A stretch of 64,000 nucleotides of DNA from positions 1,600,001 to 1,664,000 of the forward strand of contig CAXXLZ010000002.1 in assembly GCA_963675595.2 (NCBI GenBank), in the 5' to 3' direction. Numbering within the stretch: the first letter of the stretch is position 1; every line of letters begins with the position of its first letter. The translations under genes were made by a program, and so were the position numbers. Shown one piece after another: positions 10,338-20,160 of this stretch. This stretch comes from Thermodesulfobacteriota bacterium. GTDB taxonomy: Bacteria > Desulfobacterota > Desulfarculia > JACQYL01. The notes under the pieces were generated by a model. It worked only from the letters and a program-made list of their open reading frames with translations. It ran no database searches and was not told the origin of the DNA.

Positions 10338-10883
10338 TCAGAGTTTTTCCAGATCGCATCCCTGCAACGTCACCCGCGTGTACTGTTGCAGGACGTTCAA
10401 CAAAACCGACACCCTGGCCTTGTCGGAGTGCCATCGTTCGAAGATGCCCTGGAGGTCCCTGAACGGGCCTTCCAGGATCCGAACCGGGTCTCCGGCCTGA
10501 AGACGGTCCCGTTTGCGCACCACGCCGTCCGTGTCTTCCAGGCTGTGCACCGCCTCAAGGATGTCCGGCCTTACGGGCACGGCTTCTCCCGTTTCCGGCA
10601 GGAGCCCCGCCACTCCGGGGCACCAGCGCACCGTGTCGAACAACCGTTCCGCGTCGCACTGCACGAACAGGTAAGAAGGGAACAGCGCCTTTTGAACCTT
10701 CTTGGTGTACCGCGCATGACGCACCGTGACCTCGGCCCGGGGCAGGTACACCCGGACTCCTCGCTCTTCCAGGTGGACCCGCACCCGAAACTCATGCCCC
10801 GTCTTGGTGCGCGCCACGAACCAGGGGTCCGAAGCAGTGAACACTGTGCCGTCTATCCTTGGCGTTTGTTGTGTGAGAATCAT
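10338..10883 (-). CDS. NusG-family antitermination factor (RfaH/UpxY-like)
   Basis: NGN domain (WFVARTK, LFPSYLFV) plus KOW motif (GDPVRILEGPFRDLQGIF); heads a polysaccharide operon. Confidence 0.9.
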   Translation of the reverse strand: MILTQQTPRIDGTVFTASDPWFVARTKTGHEFRVRVHLEERGVRVYLPRAEVTVRHARYTKKVQKALFPSYLFVQCDAERLFDTVRWCPGVAGLLPETGEAVPVRPDILEAVHSLEDTDGVVRKRDRLQAGDPVRILEGPFRDLQGIFERWHSDKARVSVLLNVLQQYTRVTLQGCDLEKL

Positions 10884-11008
10884 ACCAACCTTTTCGTTCG
10901 AGTCCGGCCGAGCAGTAAATTAGATCGGTTAGTGACCGATCAATTCTTGAATCGGCTGTCAAGAGCGACGACTTTAGTCATGTGACCGAAATTAAATAAA
11001 AAAAGCCG

Positions 11009-11680
11009 CTATCGGAAATATTGTTCTTCTGTTGTCCCCCAAAGGTCGAACAACTTCTGCACATGGATTCCGACATCCGTAAGATGCATAACCTGTGCGA
11101 AGATTTCGTCCTGCTTGGCATAAGACGTTATCAAGATGCAGTCAGGTTGAATCTTATCAATGACAGTAGGAGGCTCTACAAGTATTCCAAAGAATCTCTG
11201 GCCTTGCTTGGATATGTCGTTATCAACGATGCTGATGATATTTATCGGAAGCGTTTCCAAAGCGGCGTAAACGAGCTGCGCTGTTTCTCCGGCGCCGAAT
11301 AAGACGACTCGCCTATAACCGGAATCGGTCATGAACTTAAGTTGCTTTCGGAGTTCATTCTTGAAAGCCGAGTATATATGAACGATATCGAGAGAATAAG
11401 ACGACAGAAGTCCATTGAGACGTTGTTGTCCACTTTCGGAAAGCCGATATGTCATATTTCGATTGTTCTTACCTTCCTTTATGATCAAACCCTTGCCTGT
11501 TAGAGCCCTTATGTAGGTATTGGCCTGGGTTGCACACATACCTGCCGCCGTGGCCAGCCTGTACTGAGATATGTCGGGATCGCCGTGAACGGAGATAAGA
11601 ACCAGAAGTTCCCTGTGGAGTTTTGTCGGCAAGAAAAAATCAGTATCCTGAGGATGAAAAATCCCGCTTGGCTCTATCAT
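11009..11680 (-). CDS. EPS-associated MarR-type wHTH regulator with C-terminal Rossmann/CoA-binding-like domain
   Basis: ISQYRLA HTH, YRLSESG, then VVLFGAGETA and IVDND. Visibly AT-richer than the operon. Confidence 0.8.
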   Translation of the reverse strand: MIEPSGIFHPQDTDFFLPTKLHRELLVLISVHGDPDISQYRLATAAGMCATQANTYIRALTGKGLIIKEGKNNRNMTYRLSESGQQRLNGLLSSYSLDIVHIYSAFKNELRKQLKFMTDSGYRRVVLFGAGETAQLVYAALETLPINIISIVDNDISKQGQRFFGILVEPPTVIDKIQPDCILITSYAKQDEIFAQVMHLTDVGIHVQKLFDLWGTTEEQYFR

Positions 11681-12374
11681 ATTGCACCATCCGTCCGGTG
11701 ATCAGACAATTCTGAATTCTTGGGTTTCAAGACTTTGGAGGCATGGCCTTTTTCAGGAGCGTTCCAATGTCATCGACGAAAAATATTTCTTTTTTCTCGA
11801 CCTTTGCCATCACTATGTCACAGGCAATGCATAGCCACGGGGCGGGTCTCAGCGGTGAGACCTTCGAATCGAGCATTTGCAGTAAAACAAGCGAGGCGGA
11901 CACTTTGTTTAGGATTTCAGGCTGTTATACTGAAAACACATTCAGTTAATCGAGAACGATCGAGCTGTATGTTCACTTTCTTTTATACAGGCTGTGAATG
12001 ATTAAAACAACCCGTCTGACCCTCCATAGGAAGATTCTGCCGATGGCGTCACCTATTTGACGGACGGTCAAAAGCCGATGGTAGCTTCAGATGTCTTCAA
12101 TACCCTTGCTTTACGGAGGAATCCGTGAAGCGCGATGCATATTACGGCCCACAACCATGCAATAAATGGGCCATCATTTTAATATGCAGAAATATGGTAG
12201 GCGAAGCCTCCAGGCCCTTTCGAGGCAGTTGTATTTTTTGGAATGGTAGATAGAACCGTGTTCGAAGACTGATCGTGTACTCGAGCGGACAATTCAAGTC
12301 AAACTCTGGTACTGAGCGAAATTGCCTATGCTTGTGCGCGCCGTCGGTACCCGCAGAAGCAGAAGGATCGCGCC

Positions 12375-12716
12375 GTGAAAGTCTATCTTGCAGGACCACT
12401 CTTAACTGAGGCAGAGCAGGAATGGCTTCGGCGCTTGAGAGATCGGATAGAGAAGTTTGGTCAAGCATTGGGCAGGACAGCACAAGCTATCTGGCCCTAC
12501 GAATTGACCGATCAGGAAGAAATAGAAAGGCTCGGCGAGATGGCCAAACAGAAAGTGTTTGAACGGTGTAAGTCGAACCTTGGCTGAACAGATTTGCTCG
12601 TCGCGCTTCTGGACAGCCCGAAGCTTGACGACGGAACAGCCTTGGAGATCGGGTACTTCTTTTCGATCAGGGAGCGGTCAAAAATTATCGGGATCAGGAC
12701 TGATTTCCGAAACGCC
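12375..12716 (+). pseudogene. Nucleoside 2-deoxyribosyltransferase, 5' fragment with internal stop
   Basis: MKVYLAGPL start, TGA at 12585-12587, then in-frame DLLVALLDSPKLDDGTALEIGY..IGIRTDFRN. Similarity ends about 12716. Confidence 0.8.
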
Positions 12717-12964
12717 ATACGATCCTATTCTTTGCCCGCCAACGGCCCTCCGAGTGGTGGGTCAGGCTCCGTCTTGAGTGATGGAATCCTTCGTTTCAAC
12801 GGCGTCGCCGACCAACGGGTAGAAGATGTCGGCATTGAGAGCGTCTTTGAGCGCTTGGGCCGACGTCTTTCCTTGGTCAAGCGCTCTGTTGAGACCGTTG
12901 AATGCTGACGTGGTCCGGGAATGGGCCCATATCCCATTGGATTTCCCACAGTCCTTTGTACTAG

Positions 12965-14080
12965 TGCTTAGTTGCATAAGTTAATTATTCATGATATGTT
13001 CCGCCTATGAGTGATCGGGTAAGGCGAATCGAATTGAAAGAGGAAGACCGGAAGACGCTTGAGCGCTGGATTCGGTCTTCGACTACGGAACAACGTCTGG
13101 TTTTCCGTGCGAGGATCATCCTTGAAGCGGGTGCGGGAAGTAAGAGCCTCGACATTGCGGGAAAGCTGGGCACGAGCGTTATCACGGTGAACAAATGGAG
13201 GCGGCGTTTTGGGAAGGGAGGACTGACCGGGCTTCAAGATGCGCCTCGTTCGGGTAAGACGACGGTCTACGACGAGGAAACGGAAAAGCGGATTCTGAGT
13301 CTTTTGGACGAACCTGCCCCCATGGGCTACTCCGGGTGGAATGGGAGGCTGTTGGCCGAGGCTTTGGGCAATGTCTCCAAACATCAAGTTTGGCGTGTGC
13401 TCAGAAACCACGGCATTCAACTTCAACGGCGACGTTCGTGGTGCATCAGCACGGACCCCGAATTTGTTCCCAAGGCGGCCGATGTTGTGGGGTTGTACCT
13501 GGAGCCTCCGGAAAACGCCGTCGTTCTCTGCGTAGACGAAAAGCCGGCCATCCAGGCGTTGGAGCGTGCACAAGGCTACATCAGACTGCCCAACGGGGGA
13601 GCCATGTTGGGGGTCGGTCACGAGTACAAGCGACATGGTACCACGACGCTGTTTGCAGCCCTGGACGTGGTTACGGGACAAGTCAAAGAAGGGCACTACA
13701 AAAGGAGAAGAAGACGTGAGTTTCTCCAGTTCATGAATGAGGTGCTAACCGATTATGGACACCGGGAAATTCACGTGATTCTCGACAATCTCAACACCCA
13801 TAAGCCCAAAAAGGATCGATGGTTGGCCAAACACGAAAACGTGCATTTTCACTTCACTCCGACTCATGCTTCTTGGCTTAATCAAGTGGAAACTTGGTTC
13901 AGTATCTTGAGTCGACAGGCCATAAAGGGCGCCAACTTCACCTCTCCACAGGACGTGCGCAACGCCATCGATCGCTTCGTTGCCGTATACAACCGAGACG
14001 CCGCTCCCTTCGAGTGGCGGAAGCGTTCCGTTCACCCGGTCGGCCTGAAAAAGAAATATAGGGATTTATGCAACTAAGCA
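12965..14080 (+). mobile_element. IS630-family insertion sequence
   Basis: Inverted repeats TGCTTAGTTGCATAA at both ends, flanked by CTAG at 12961-12964 and 14081-14084. Confidence 0.93.
13007..14077 (+). CDS. IS630-family transposase
   Basis: N-terminal HTH, VDEKP, YKRHGT, ILDNL and TPTHASWLNQVE motifs. Confidence 0.95.
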   Translation: MSDRVRRIELKEEDRKTLERWIRSSTTEQRLVFRARIILEAGAGSKSLDIAGKLGTSVITVNKWRRRFGKGGLTGLQDAPRSGKTTVYDEETEKRILSLLDEPAPMGYSGWNGRLLAEALGNVSKHQVWRVLRNHGIQLQRRRSWCISTDPEFVPKAADVVGLYLEPPENAVVLCVDEKPAIQALERAQGYIRLPNGGAMLGVGHEYKRHGTTTLFAALDVVTGQVKEGHYKRRRRREFLQFMNEVLTDYGHREIHVILDNLNTHKPKKDRWLAKHENVHFHFTPTHASWLNQVETWFSILSRQAIKGANFTSPQDVRNAIDRFVAVYNRDAAPFEWRKRSVHPVGLKKKYRDLCN

Positions 14081-14390
14081 CTAGATCTCGAGGAACCGCT
14101 CGAAGGTGTGGTGACTGTCGTGTTTGGGCGTCCGGGCGTTCTTTGCGCGGAAGGCGAGCCCCTCGTCGAAGACTCGCTGCATGGCGTTCTGAGTCCCCGA
14201 GCTTCCGGGTACCGCCAGCGTGGGACAGCCGAAGATTTCCCGAAGGCTCTTCTTGAGGGCCAGAAGCAGGGCGTCAAAGCCTTTGGGCCGCTTGAACTTG
14301 AGCCGGTATCCGAGGCACTCTCTGCCGCCCGACACCCCTCGAAGCCGCGGAAGAGCGCTCTCGTACTCGTCGCAGTAGAAGAGGCCGCTC

Positions 14391-14722
14391 TCAGCCCGCT
14401 TGAACGAGAACAACATGGACCCTCTTTCCCAGTTCTTCCGCCGTGCGCACGGTGTGCATGGTGCCCCGGCTCGTTCCTTCCCAAAACGCCACGACAACGT
14501 CTCCCGATTCCGCTTGAGTGCCGCCCCTCGACCATAACGTCGCCAGTCCGGCTTGAGAACCCGGGGCTCGATCCCCCGGGCCCTGGCCCAGGTCTCGGCA
14601 ATGCGGTCCACGCCCCGAGCGCCGCCGGAGATCACCATGTACGGATCGATCCTCAACCGACTCAAGGCCCCGTCCATGTCCACCGCCCCGATACTCCTGC
14701 TGCCGACAATCACCGCCTTCAC
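14391..14722 (-). pseudogene. SLOG-family (DUF2493/YspA-like) protein, frameshifted
   Basis: GTG 14722 after AGGAGG. VIVGSR..VISGGARGVD..PDWRRYGRGAALKRN continues in another frame as DVVVAFWEGTSRGTMHT; shift near 14500. Confidence 0.75.
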
Positions 14723-15014
14723 GTCCGCCTCCTGATCCCGCCCGAACCTGATCGACCACCTCCGCAGTTTCACCGGCATGCCGGTAGTTTTCGCACCCAA
14801 AATCGAAAAATTACCGCGCCGTTGAAAAATCCGAAGGCGATCTGAACCAACCATCACCAATTTATCCATCAAGGCGTCTTCTCCGTTGCCGCCTAATTTT
14901 TTATCCGTCAAAAAACTTGCCATTTCTCATCCAAACATTCATTTTTGACCCAGTTTGCTCCGTTGACCCCCTGTCTTAATTTCGCGACCGCAAAAATTCG
15001 ATGGCCGCTCCGGC

Positions 15015-15314
15015 TTATTTCCCGCCGTTTTCCAGAGATTTACTCCCCCCTATCCGCCCCCATTTCCTTTCTCCCGACAAAACGAACGGTCCACCTCCCT
15101 CACACCAATATTCCCAGGCAAGGTTCATGAATAACTTCCTCTTTTCGGCATTACGGGATGCCATGGCCGCCTCACGCCGATGGAGCGCCGTTGCGAGGTT
15201 GAAATACCCCATGGAATCGATGCTGTGACCGTTGGTAACGATAAGGAGATGGTCCTCTTCCTCAGGAGCAAGTCCGTCAGGCAAAAGTTCCCTCGCTTCG
15301 GTCAAGTCGGTCAT
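15015..15314 (-). CDS. Hypothetical protein (satellite-like element)
   Basis: 99-aa ORF with SD-like GAAAGGA, co-oriented with the primase gene. Confidence 0.5.
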   Translation of the reverse strand: MTDLTEARELLPDGLAPEEEDHLLIVTNGHSIDSMGYFNLATALHRREAAMASRNAEKRKLFMNLAWEYWCEGGGPFVLSGERKWGRIGGSKSLENGGK

Positions 15315-15370
15315 GAGCTTCCTTTCCTCGAGGAAGGCCGCATTTCATCCGCCCTCCACCCGGTGGTGGG

Positions 15371-15685
15371 AACGTGTGCAACGTTCCCCGCCACCCTATA
15401 GGGTGCACACGTTACACACGTCGTAACCGGTTGATTTAACACATTAAAAACGTGCGCAAAAGGCCATTGCACACGTTCCCTCCTGCACACGTGCAACCTA
15501 TTGACATTGCTAAAAGAAACGTGTGCAAAGGGGGTTTTGCGCGCATTGCACACGTTCGCCCGATTGCACTTGTTTGATTTGTGAAACGGGCCGATTGCAC
15601 ACGTTGCCTCGAAGAACAGCCGAAACGGCTGCGGCGCAAGCGTTTCCACGTGTGCAACGCACCGTTTGCACACGTTGCACATGTC
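15371..15685. repeat. Iteron array / putative replication origin
   Basis: Nine exact TGCACACGT 9-mers in both orientations (near 15371, 15404, 15468, 15484, 15518, 15547, 15596, 15647, 15667) plus degenerate copies. IHF-consensus AATCAACCGGTTA on the minus strand at 15424-15436. Confidence 0.8.
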
Positions 15686-15695
15686 CTTCTTCGGA

Positions 15696-17597
15696 TCATG
15701 CGGCTTCATCTTCAATCACCCTGAACAACGTGTTCTTCCCCGATTTCTCGGAGGCGATGTAGCCGTTATTGCACGCGAACGACACTGCGTTATCCGCAGT
15801 CCTTCTGGAGCAACCGGTCGTCTCCCTCAACTCCTTGACCAACACCTGCCTCGAAGGGAGCTCTCCCGTTTGATTCGTGAGGTTGCTGATGGCCTCGATG
15901 ACGTGACGTTCGCCGCAGACGCGCGTCGCTTCAGGGGGATCGGTCCGGACAAAGACCAGGTTCCGGGTTCGCTCCAGGTAAAAGGGTTTTCGCAGCTCAA
16001 AGTTTCTGGACTTGGCATGTCTGACCAGGATCGTGCTGGACGGTGCGCCGGCTTGGTCATCCACCGGGTACAAGCCGATGATGTTCGCCGCCCAATCACC
16101 GATCGCGGTTCCACCCCGCCCGATGAAGTTGGCTTTCTCCTTGAATCCTTCGCCCATGTGATGAACGACGATCACCGCGCACGAAGTCTCGTCCTGCACC
16201 CGGGTCAGACAATCCAGCGACCTTCGCTGTCCTTTGTTGTCGTTTTCATCCCTGGCGCCGGAAAACGAAACCAACGGATCGACAACCACCACTTCCGCCC
16301 GGGCTTCCTTGATGCAGGCGATCAGCCGCTCCTGGAACTCGGGTTCATCCAGAATGCCCGTCAGACGAATGTCCCCTCTCACCATGGGGAAGCACAGCGA
16401 ATCCAGAGCCGGGGTCCACTCGGGATGGCCTTCGAGTATCTTGTGCAGCCGGACATGTGTGGCCTTCGCCGTGTTTTCGGATTGAACATAGAGGGTTCGC
16501 CTGGGCCTCGGAACACGAAACAGGTTCCAGAGTCCGCTCAAGGGCGGTAGGGCCAGCACAAACCCGAGGTTCTTGGTCATGAGGGATTTGCCCACACCCG
16601 ACAAGGAGCAGATGAGCAGACTTTCCTTTTCGTCGAGCAGGCCGTCGATCACCGGATTGTCCGGGAACGTGCGCTCGTAGAGATGGCGAGCGGTGACGAT
16701 CCGAACCCGTGACGGATCGCTTTCCCATGGGACCTGGTCCGCCAGGTCCATGAGCTGCTGAGCGGTTCCGCCAGCCGCAAGCCAGTCCGCGGCGTCGCCT
16801 TTTTCCGGGAGTCCGGGGAGGTCTACGACCTTGAGGCTCCGCACATGGGGTAGAAGGCTTTTCCGGACCTGCTCGGCGTGCTGGCGACCCGGTTCGTCGT
16901 TGTCCGGAAGGATGATTACAAGTTTGTCTTTAAAGTGAACCGAGTACTCGTCTTTCCACTTTATCGCGCCCATGGGATTGCAGCTTGCGCAGAAACCGGC
17001 CATGCGCAGGGCCTCCACCGTCTTTTCTCCCTCGGCGACAGCGATCTGCTCGGCTTTCACAACTTCCGGCAAACGGTAGGGGACCAATCGGACACCGTCC
17101 AGATTGAATATGTCTTTCCCTTCCACACACCGACCCTGCCGGAACGTCTTGTCCGCGCCGATTTCTTCGTAGCGGTTCACGAAGAACAGCTCCTCGCCGT
17201 TCTCATCGTGATATACGAAGCGATCCTTCAGGGTTCCAGGCACCGCCCTCGCCTTGGGTCGCTTCCGTTCGTTGCCCTTTGGCCGTTCTTCTTTTGCGCC
17301 CCCGCCGTTGCCGTCCATCCCGCCCAGCTTCGCCAGGTCCCCCAGGGCCTGCTGAAAGGACACACCGTGTCGTTTCATGTGAAAGCCGAACAGGTCTCCC
17401 TTCGCCTTGCATCCGTGACAATACCATTTGCCGGTGGCCAAGTTCACGGAGAGGGAAGGGTTCGTGTCCTCATGGAAGGGACACAACGCTTGATGTTCGT
17501 CGCCGTTCAAATGCCGAAGCTCACCGAGTTCGGACCCGAAATAGGCGGCGAAGTCGATTTCTCCAGCTATCCGCGCCTTGTCGAATCGCTCTGTCAT
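15696..17597 (-). CDS. Primase-helicase (CHC2 Zn finger + TOPRIM + AAA_25/RepA-like)
   Basis: CPFHED..CHGC, AEGEKT, LPDNDEPG, CSLSGVGKS, VVVDPL and VVHH motifs. Confidence 0.9.
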   Translation of the reverse strand: MTERFDKARIAGEIDFAAYFGSELGELRHLNGDEHQALCPFHEDTNPSLSVNLATGKWYCHGCKAKGDLFGFHMKRHGVSFQQALGDLAKLGGMDGNGGGAKEERPKGNERKRPKARAVPGTLKDRFVYHDENGEELFFVNRYEEIGADKTFRQGRCVEGKDIFNLDGVRLVPYRLPEVVKAEQIAVAEGEKTVEALRMAGFCASCNPMGAIKWKDEYSVHFKDKLVIILPDNDEPGRQHAEQVRKSLLPHVRSLKVVDLPGLPEKGDAADWLAAGGTAQQLMDLADQVPWESDPSRVRIVTARHLYERTFPDNPVIDGLLDEKESLLICSLSGVGKSLMTKNLGFVLALPPLSGLWNLFRVPRPRRTLYVQSENTAKATHVRLHKILEGHPEWTPALDSLCFPMVRGDIRLTGILDEPEFQERLIACIKEARAEVVVVDPLVSFSGARDENDNKGQRRSLDCLTRVQDETSCAVIVVHHMGEGFKEKANFIGRGGTAIGDWAANIIGLYPVDDQAGAPSSTILVRHAKSRNFELRKPFYLERTRNLVFVRTDPPEATRVCGERHVIEAISNLTNQTGELPSRQVLVKELRETTGCSRRTADNAVSFACNNGYIASEKSGKNTLFRVIEDEAA

Positions 17598-17703
17598 AGG
17601 CGTCTAAAGACTCCCGCGCTTTTTGGGCCCGACGACCATTGCACCCAGTGTTCGGGCATCTCCATTTTCTTTGCTGGGTGTCGGTCTGTGCGGCCCTTGC
17701 GCT

Positions 17704-17925
17704 TCATGCGCAGGCCCGCTTTTCAAGCCATTCAATCAACGCCTCCACGGTGTAGGCGACTTTGCGCCCAACGACGATTCGGTCCCTGGGGCCTTCTCCC
17801 AAGGAGTCCTTGTTGGCCAACGTGCGAGGGTGAATCAGTCCACCGGAAAACTTGCCCACTTCGTGCCTGGCAACAATGGCGCTCGGCCATCTTTCCGCCA
17901 GCATCTTAAAACTGTTCTTGTTCAT
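17704..17925 (-). CDS. AlpA/excisionase-like DNA-binding protein
   Basis: PRTLANKDSLGEGP..GRKVAYTVEALIEWLE pattern; SD AGGGAGG upstream. Confidence 0.75.
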   Translation of the reverse strand: MNKNSFKMLAERWPSAIVARHEVGKFSGGLIHPRTLANKDSLGEGPRDRIVVGRKVAYTVEALIEWLEKRACA

Positions 17926-18599
17926 TTTTGCTTCCTCCCTTTGCTTTTTTTGGATTTTCAGAAGCCTTTTACGAAACCGGCTTCCAACTTTCGCCGCAAG
18001 GATGAAATCATTTTCGTTGGTGAACTCATTGGCTTCATTTTTCCATCTGAAAAATCAGAAATGAAGAGGGTTGTTACCATGTGTGGTAATAGGTACGGTA
18101 TCGAACGTCTTTTTCGACTTCGCGGAGTACGTCTTTTTGGGCACCAAAAAACCAAGCACAGATTCCGATCATTTCTTTGTTAAACGGTTTTCCGATATCG
18201 TGTTTCGATACGGTCCGCCGTGTGTAAATAAAAAGGCATGATATTTCTCCACCCCAAAATTCCCTTTTGCACCTCAAGCATATTTCGCCGTGTCAAGAAA
18301 AAAAAGGGGGTTGTTTCTCCCTGGAGAAACAAGTTGTCCCATTTTTTCACTTGGGCACTCAAAAAAGAAAGGGGGTTAGTACCCCGTGGGGTAATAGGTA
18401 TGCTGTCGAACGATTTTTTTCGGTTGACACCGGACTGGTAATCAAAGGCGAGAGAAGTTGGGGAGTCTCGGCGTAACTGAGTCACTCCGTAAAAGAATGC
18501 TATGTGGTTTTACAGCAGGCCTGGGGCGACCAGGGTTGGAAACAGGGGCATGAAAAGGACTTAAAAGTGTGGAGGCTAATCGCAGCTGATGCAGAAAAA

Positions 18600-18620
18600 G
18601 TGGGAGAGATGTGGGAGAGA
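18600..18620. repeat. Direct repeat GTGGGAGAGA x2, candidate integrase arm-type sites
   Basis: Tandem 10-mers about 55 bp from the att fragment. Confidence 0.5.
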
Positions 18621-18675
18621 AAACTGGCTAAACTCGTGGGCGAATGTCCGTTGAACCGTAAGCGATTGAATTCAT

Positions 18676-18720
18676 TGGCGCGCCCGGCATGATTCGAACA
18701 TGCGACCTACGGATTCGTAG
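18676..18720 (-). other. att site: displaced 3' fragment of tRNA-Arg(ACG)
   Basis: Minus strand reads CTACGAATCCGTAGGTCGCATGTTCGAATCATGCCGGGCGCGCCA: anticodon loop (ACG), T-arm, acceptor 3' strand and CCA. The 5' half is absent. Confidence 0.88.
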
Positions 18721-18836
18721 AACTGAACTCTCAAGTTTCCAACTTCCTCAATTGAGAGTAACTTTTTGATTTTACAAGAATAGTCGATTCTCAATTTCGG
18801 GCATCTAATTCCGATTTTTGCCGATTTTCCAAAAAG

Positions 18837-18860
18837 TGACACACCAAATGACACACCAAA
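18837..18860. repeat. Direct repeat TGACACACCAAA x2, candidate integrase arm-type sites
   Basis: Perfect tandem 12-mers about 115 bp from the att fragment. Confidence 0.6.
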
Positions 18861-18891
18861 AAGCGCCCGGCGGGAGGTATCACCGGGCGCT
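18858..18891 (-). terminator. Intrinsic terminator
   Basis: AGCGCCCGG/CCGGGCGCT stem followed by a U-tract on the minus strand, downstream of ORF 18926-19297. Confidence 0.6.
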
Positions 18892-18925
18892 GTCAGAACT
18901 CGATCAGGGAGTACTTTCTTCAAGG

Positions 18926-19297
18926 CTAATTCATCTTCGCCTTGGCGTCTGAGTCAAGGTCGAGCTGAAGCTCTTTTTCAACCTCTGACTTGAGCCATTC
19001 AACCCCGGCTTTCCACTTCTCGAACCGTTCTTTTTCTGCTCGAATATTCGCCACCTGGAAAGGCTTCCCAAGTTTCTCGGACAGTTCAAGGTATCTTGAG
19101 AGAAAAGCTTCAACGTCCGAATCCGAGAGATGCCCTGCAATCTGTTTCAGGTGCTTACCGATTTCCATTTGCTGGGTAACGATAATATACCTGAGCACGT
19201 GCGCCAGAGTGGATCCGTCGATTTCCTCGTACTCACGGCTCCAAACATCTGTTTTGCCGATCTCTTGGAGTTTGGGTCGGTCTTTTGTCTCGGTCAT
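18926..19297 (-). CDS. Hypothetical protein
   Basis: 123-aa helical ORF with SD AAGGAG and a downstream terminator. Confidence 0.6.
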   Translation of the reverse strand: MTETKDRPKLQEIGKTDVWSREYEEIDGSTLAHVLRYIIVTQQMEIGKHLKQIAGHLSDSDVEAFLSRYLELSEKLGKPFQVANIRAEKERFEKWKAGVEWLKSEVEKELQLDLDSDAKAKMN

Positions 19298-19334
19298 GAT
19301 GATTCTCCTTTCAAAGTCACGAAGTTTAATTGGA

Positions 19335-19535
19335 TCAGGGCATCAAATTCATGAGCCTATTGATGTATCTGGAGAACACTGTAGAATATCCTACGTTTCC
19401 GTGCTCTTTTCGGCATTTCTCCGCTAACGCCATAGCCTCTGCTAAATGCCGGGCCGCGAGTTCCTGTGCTTGCTTCTCTGCAAGCACGAAGAGATTCGTT
19501 TCTTTCAGAAGGGTTCCGGGCTTCACTTCGTTCAC
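19335..19535 (-). CDS. Hypothetical protein
   Basis: 66 aa, GTG start after AAGGAGGTG. Confidence 0.55.
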   Translation of the reverse strand: MNEVKPGTLLKETNLFVLAEKQAQELAARHLAEAMALAEKCRKEHGNVGYSTVFSRYINRLMNLMP

Positions 19536-19716
19536 CTCCTTTCACGGTTGAATGGCCGGTTCTTTTCCTACCCGCGCACAAAGAATATCTGTGTTGGGGA
19601 AACGAAGTGTCGTTGGGATTTGGAAAAGGACGGAGCTTCGATCTACGAGTTGCTGTGTAACCCCTCTCCCCTCTGGTCCTGAGGAGAGGGGCAATAAAGC
19701 CGCTCACTCGGAGGAA

Positions 19717-20121
19717 ATGAAAATGGAAGCTGTAGTTAGAATGGCAAGCCCAAAGCAGGTCGAGTTTTTGGCTGACTTGATCGATCGGACCGAGACCCAG
19801 TTCGATCGGCCGCTGGAAAGCCTGACCTTGGAACAAGCATCGGAGATGATCGACGAACTGCTGGAAAAGGAAGACCCAGGTTCACCACAAAATGTGAAGC
19901 CTGTCGTGCGACGGAAATGGAAGGATGATCGCACCATGCAGGCTCGGCTCGGTATGGCCTTCAAGCTGGTCTACCAGGCGAGCATTGTGAGGAGTGATGG
20001 CTGCGTTCAAAGGCCTTCGATTGAGAACAACGAATTTTTCGCCAAGGAAGTGATCAGGGTATTCGAAGCAATGAACGGGATCGCGGAGCAGGTTGGAGTG
20101 GATGGGGGCGCCTCGGGGTGA
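19717..20121 (+). CDS. Hypothetical protein with ASPKQ..LTLEQASEMID motif
   Basis: SD GGAGG just before the ATGs near 19717-19723. Confidence 0.6.
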   Translation: MKMEAVVRMASPKQVEFLADLIDRTETQFDRPLESLTLEQASEMIDELLEKEDPGSPQNVKPVVRRKWKDDRTMQARLGMAFKLVYQASIVRSDGCVQRPSIENNEFFAKEVIRVFEAMNGIAEQVGVDGGASG

Positions 20122-20160
20122 GGCGCTTAGAATCATGACAAATTTCAAGCAACATCGAAA

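Noticed and set aside
14081-14923. Single 280-aa protein
   Set aside because: A composite of non-coding upstream sequence, a frameshifted SLOG gene and a downstream ORF.
15311-15715. 134-aa Cys-rich ORF
   Set aside because: Its NVC/AHV repeats are simply translations of the TGCACACGT iterons; better explained as an origin.
18676-18720. Functional tRNA-Arg gene
   Set aside because: The D-arm and 5' acceptor strand are missing; it is an att remnant.
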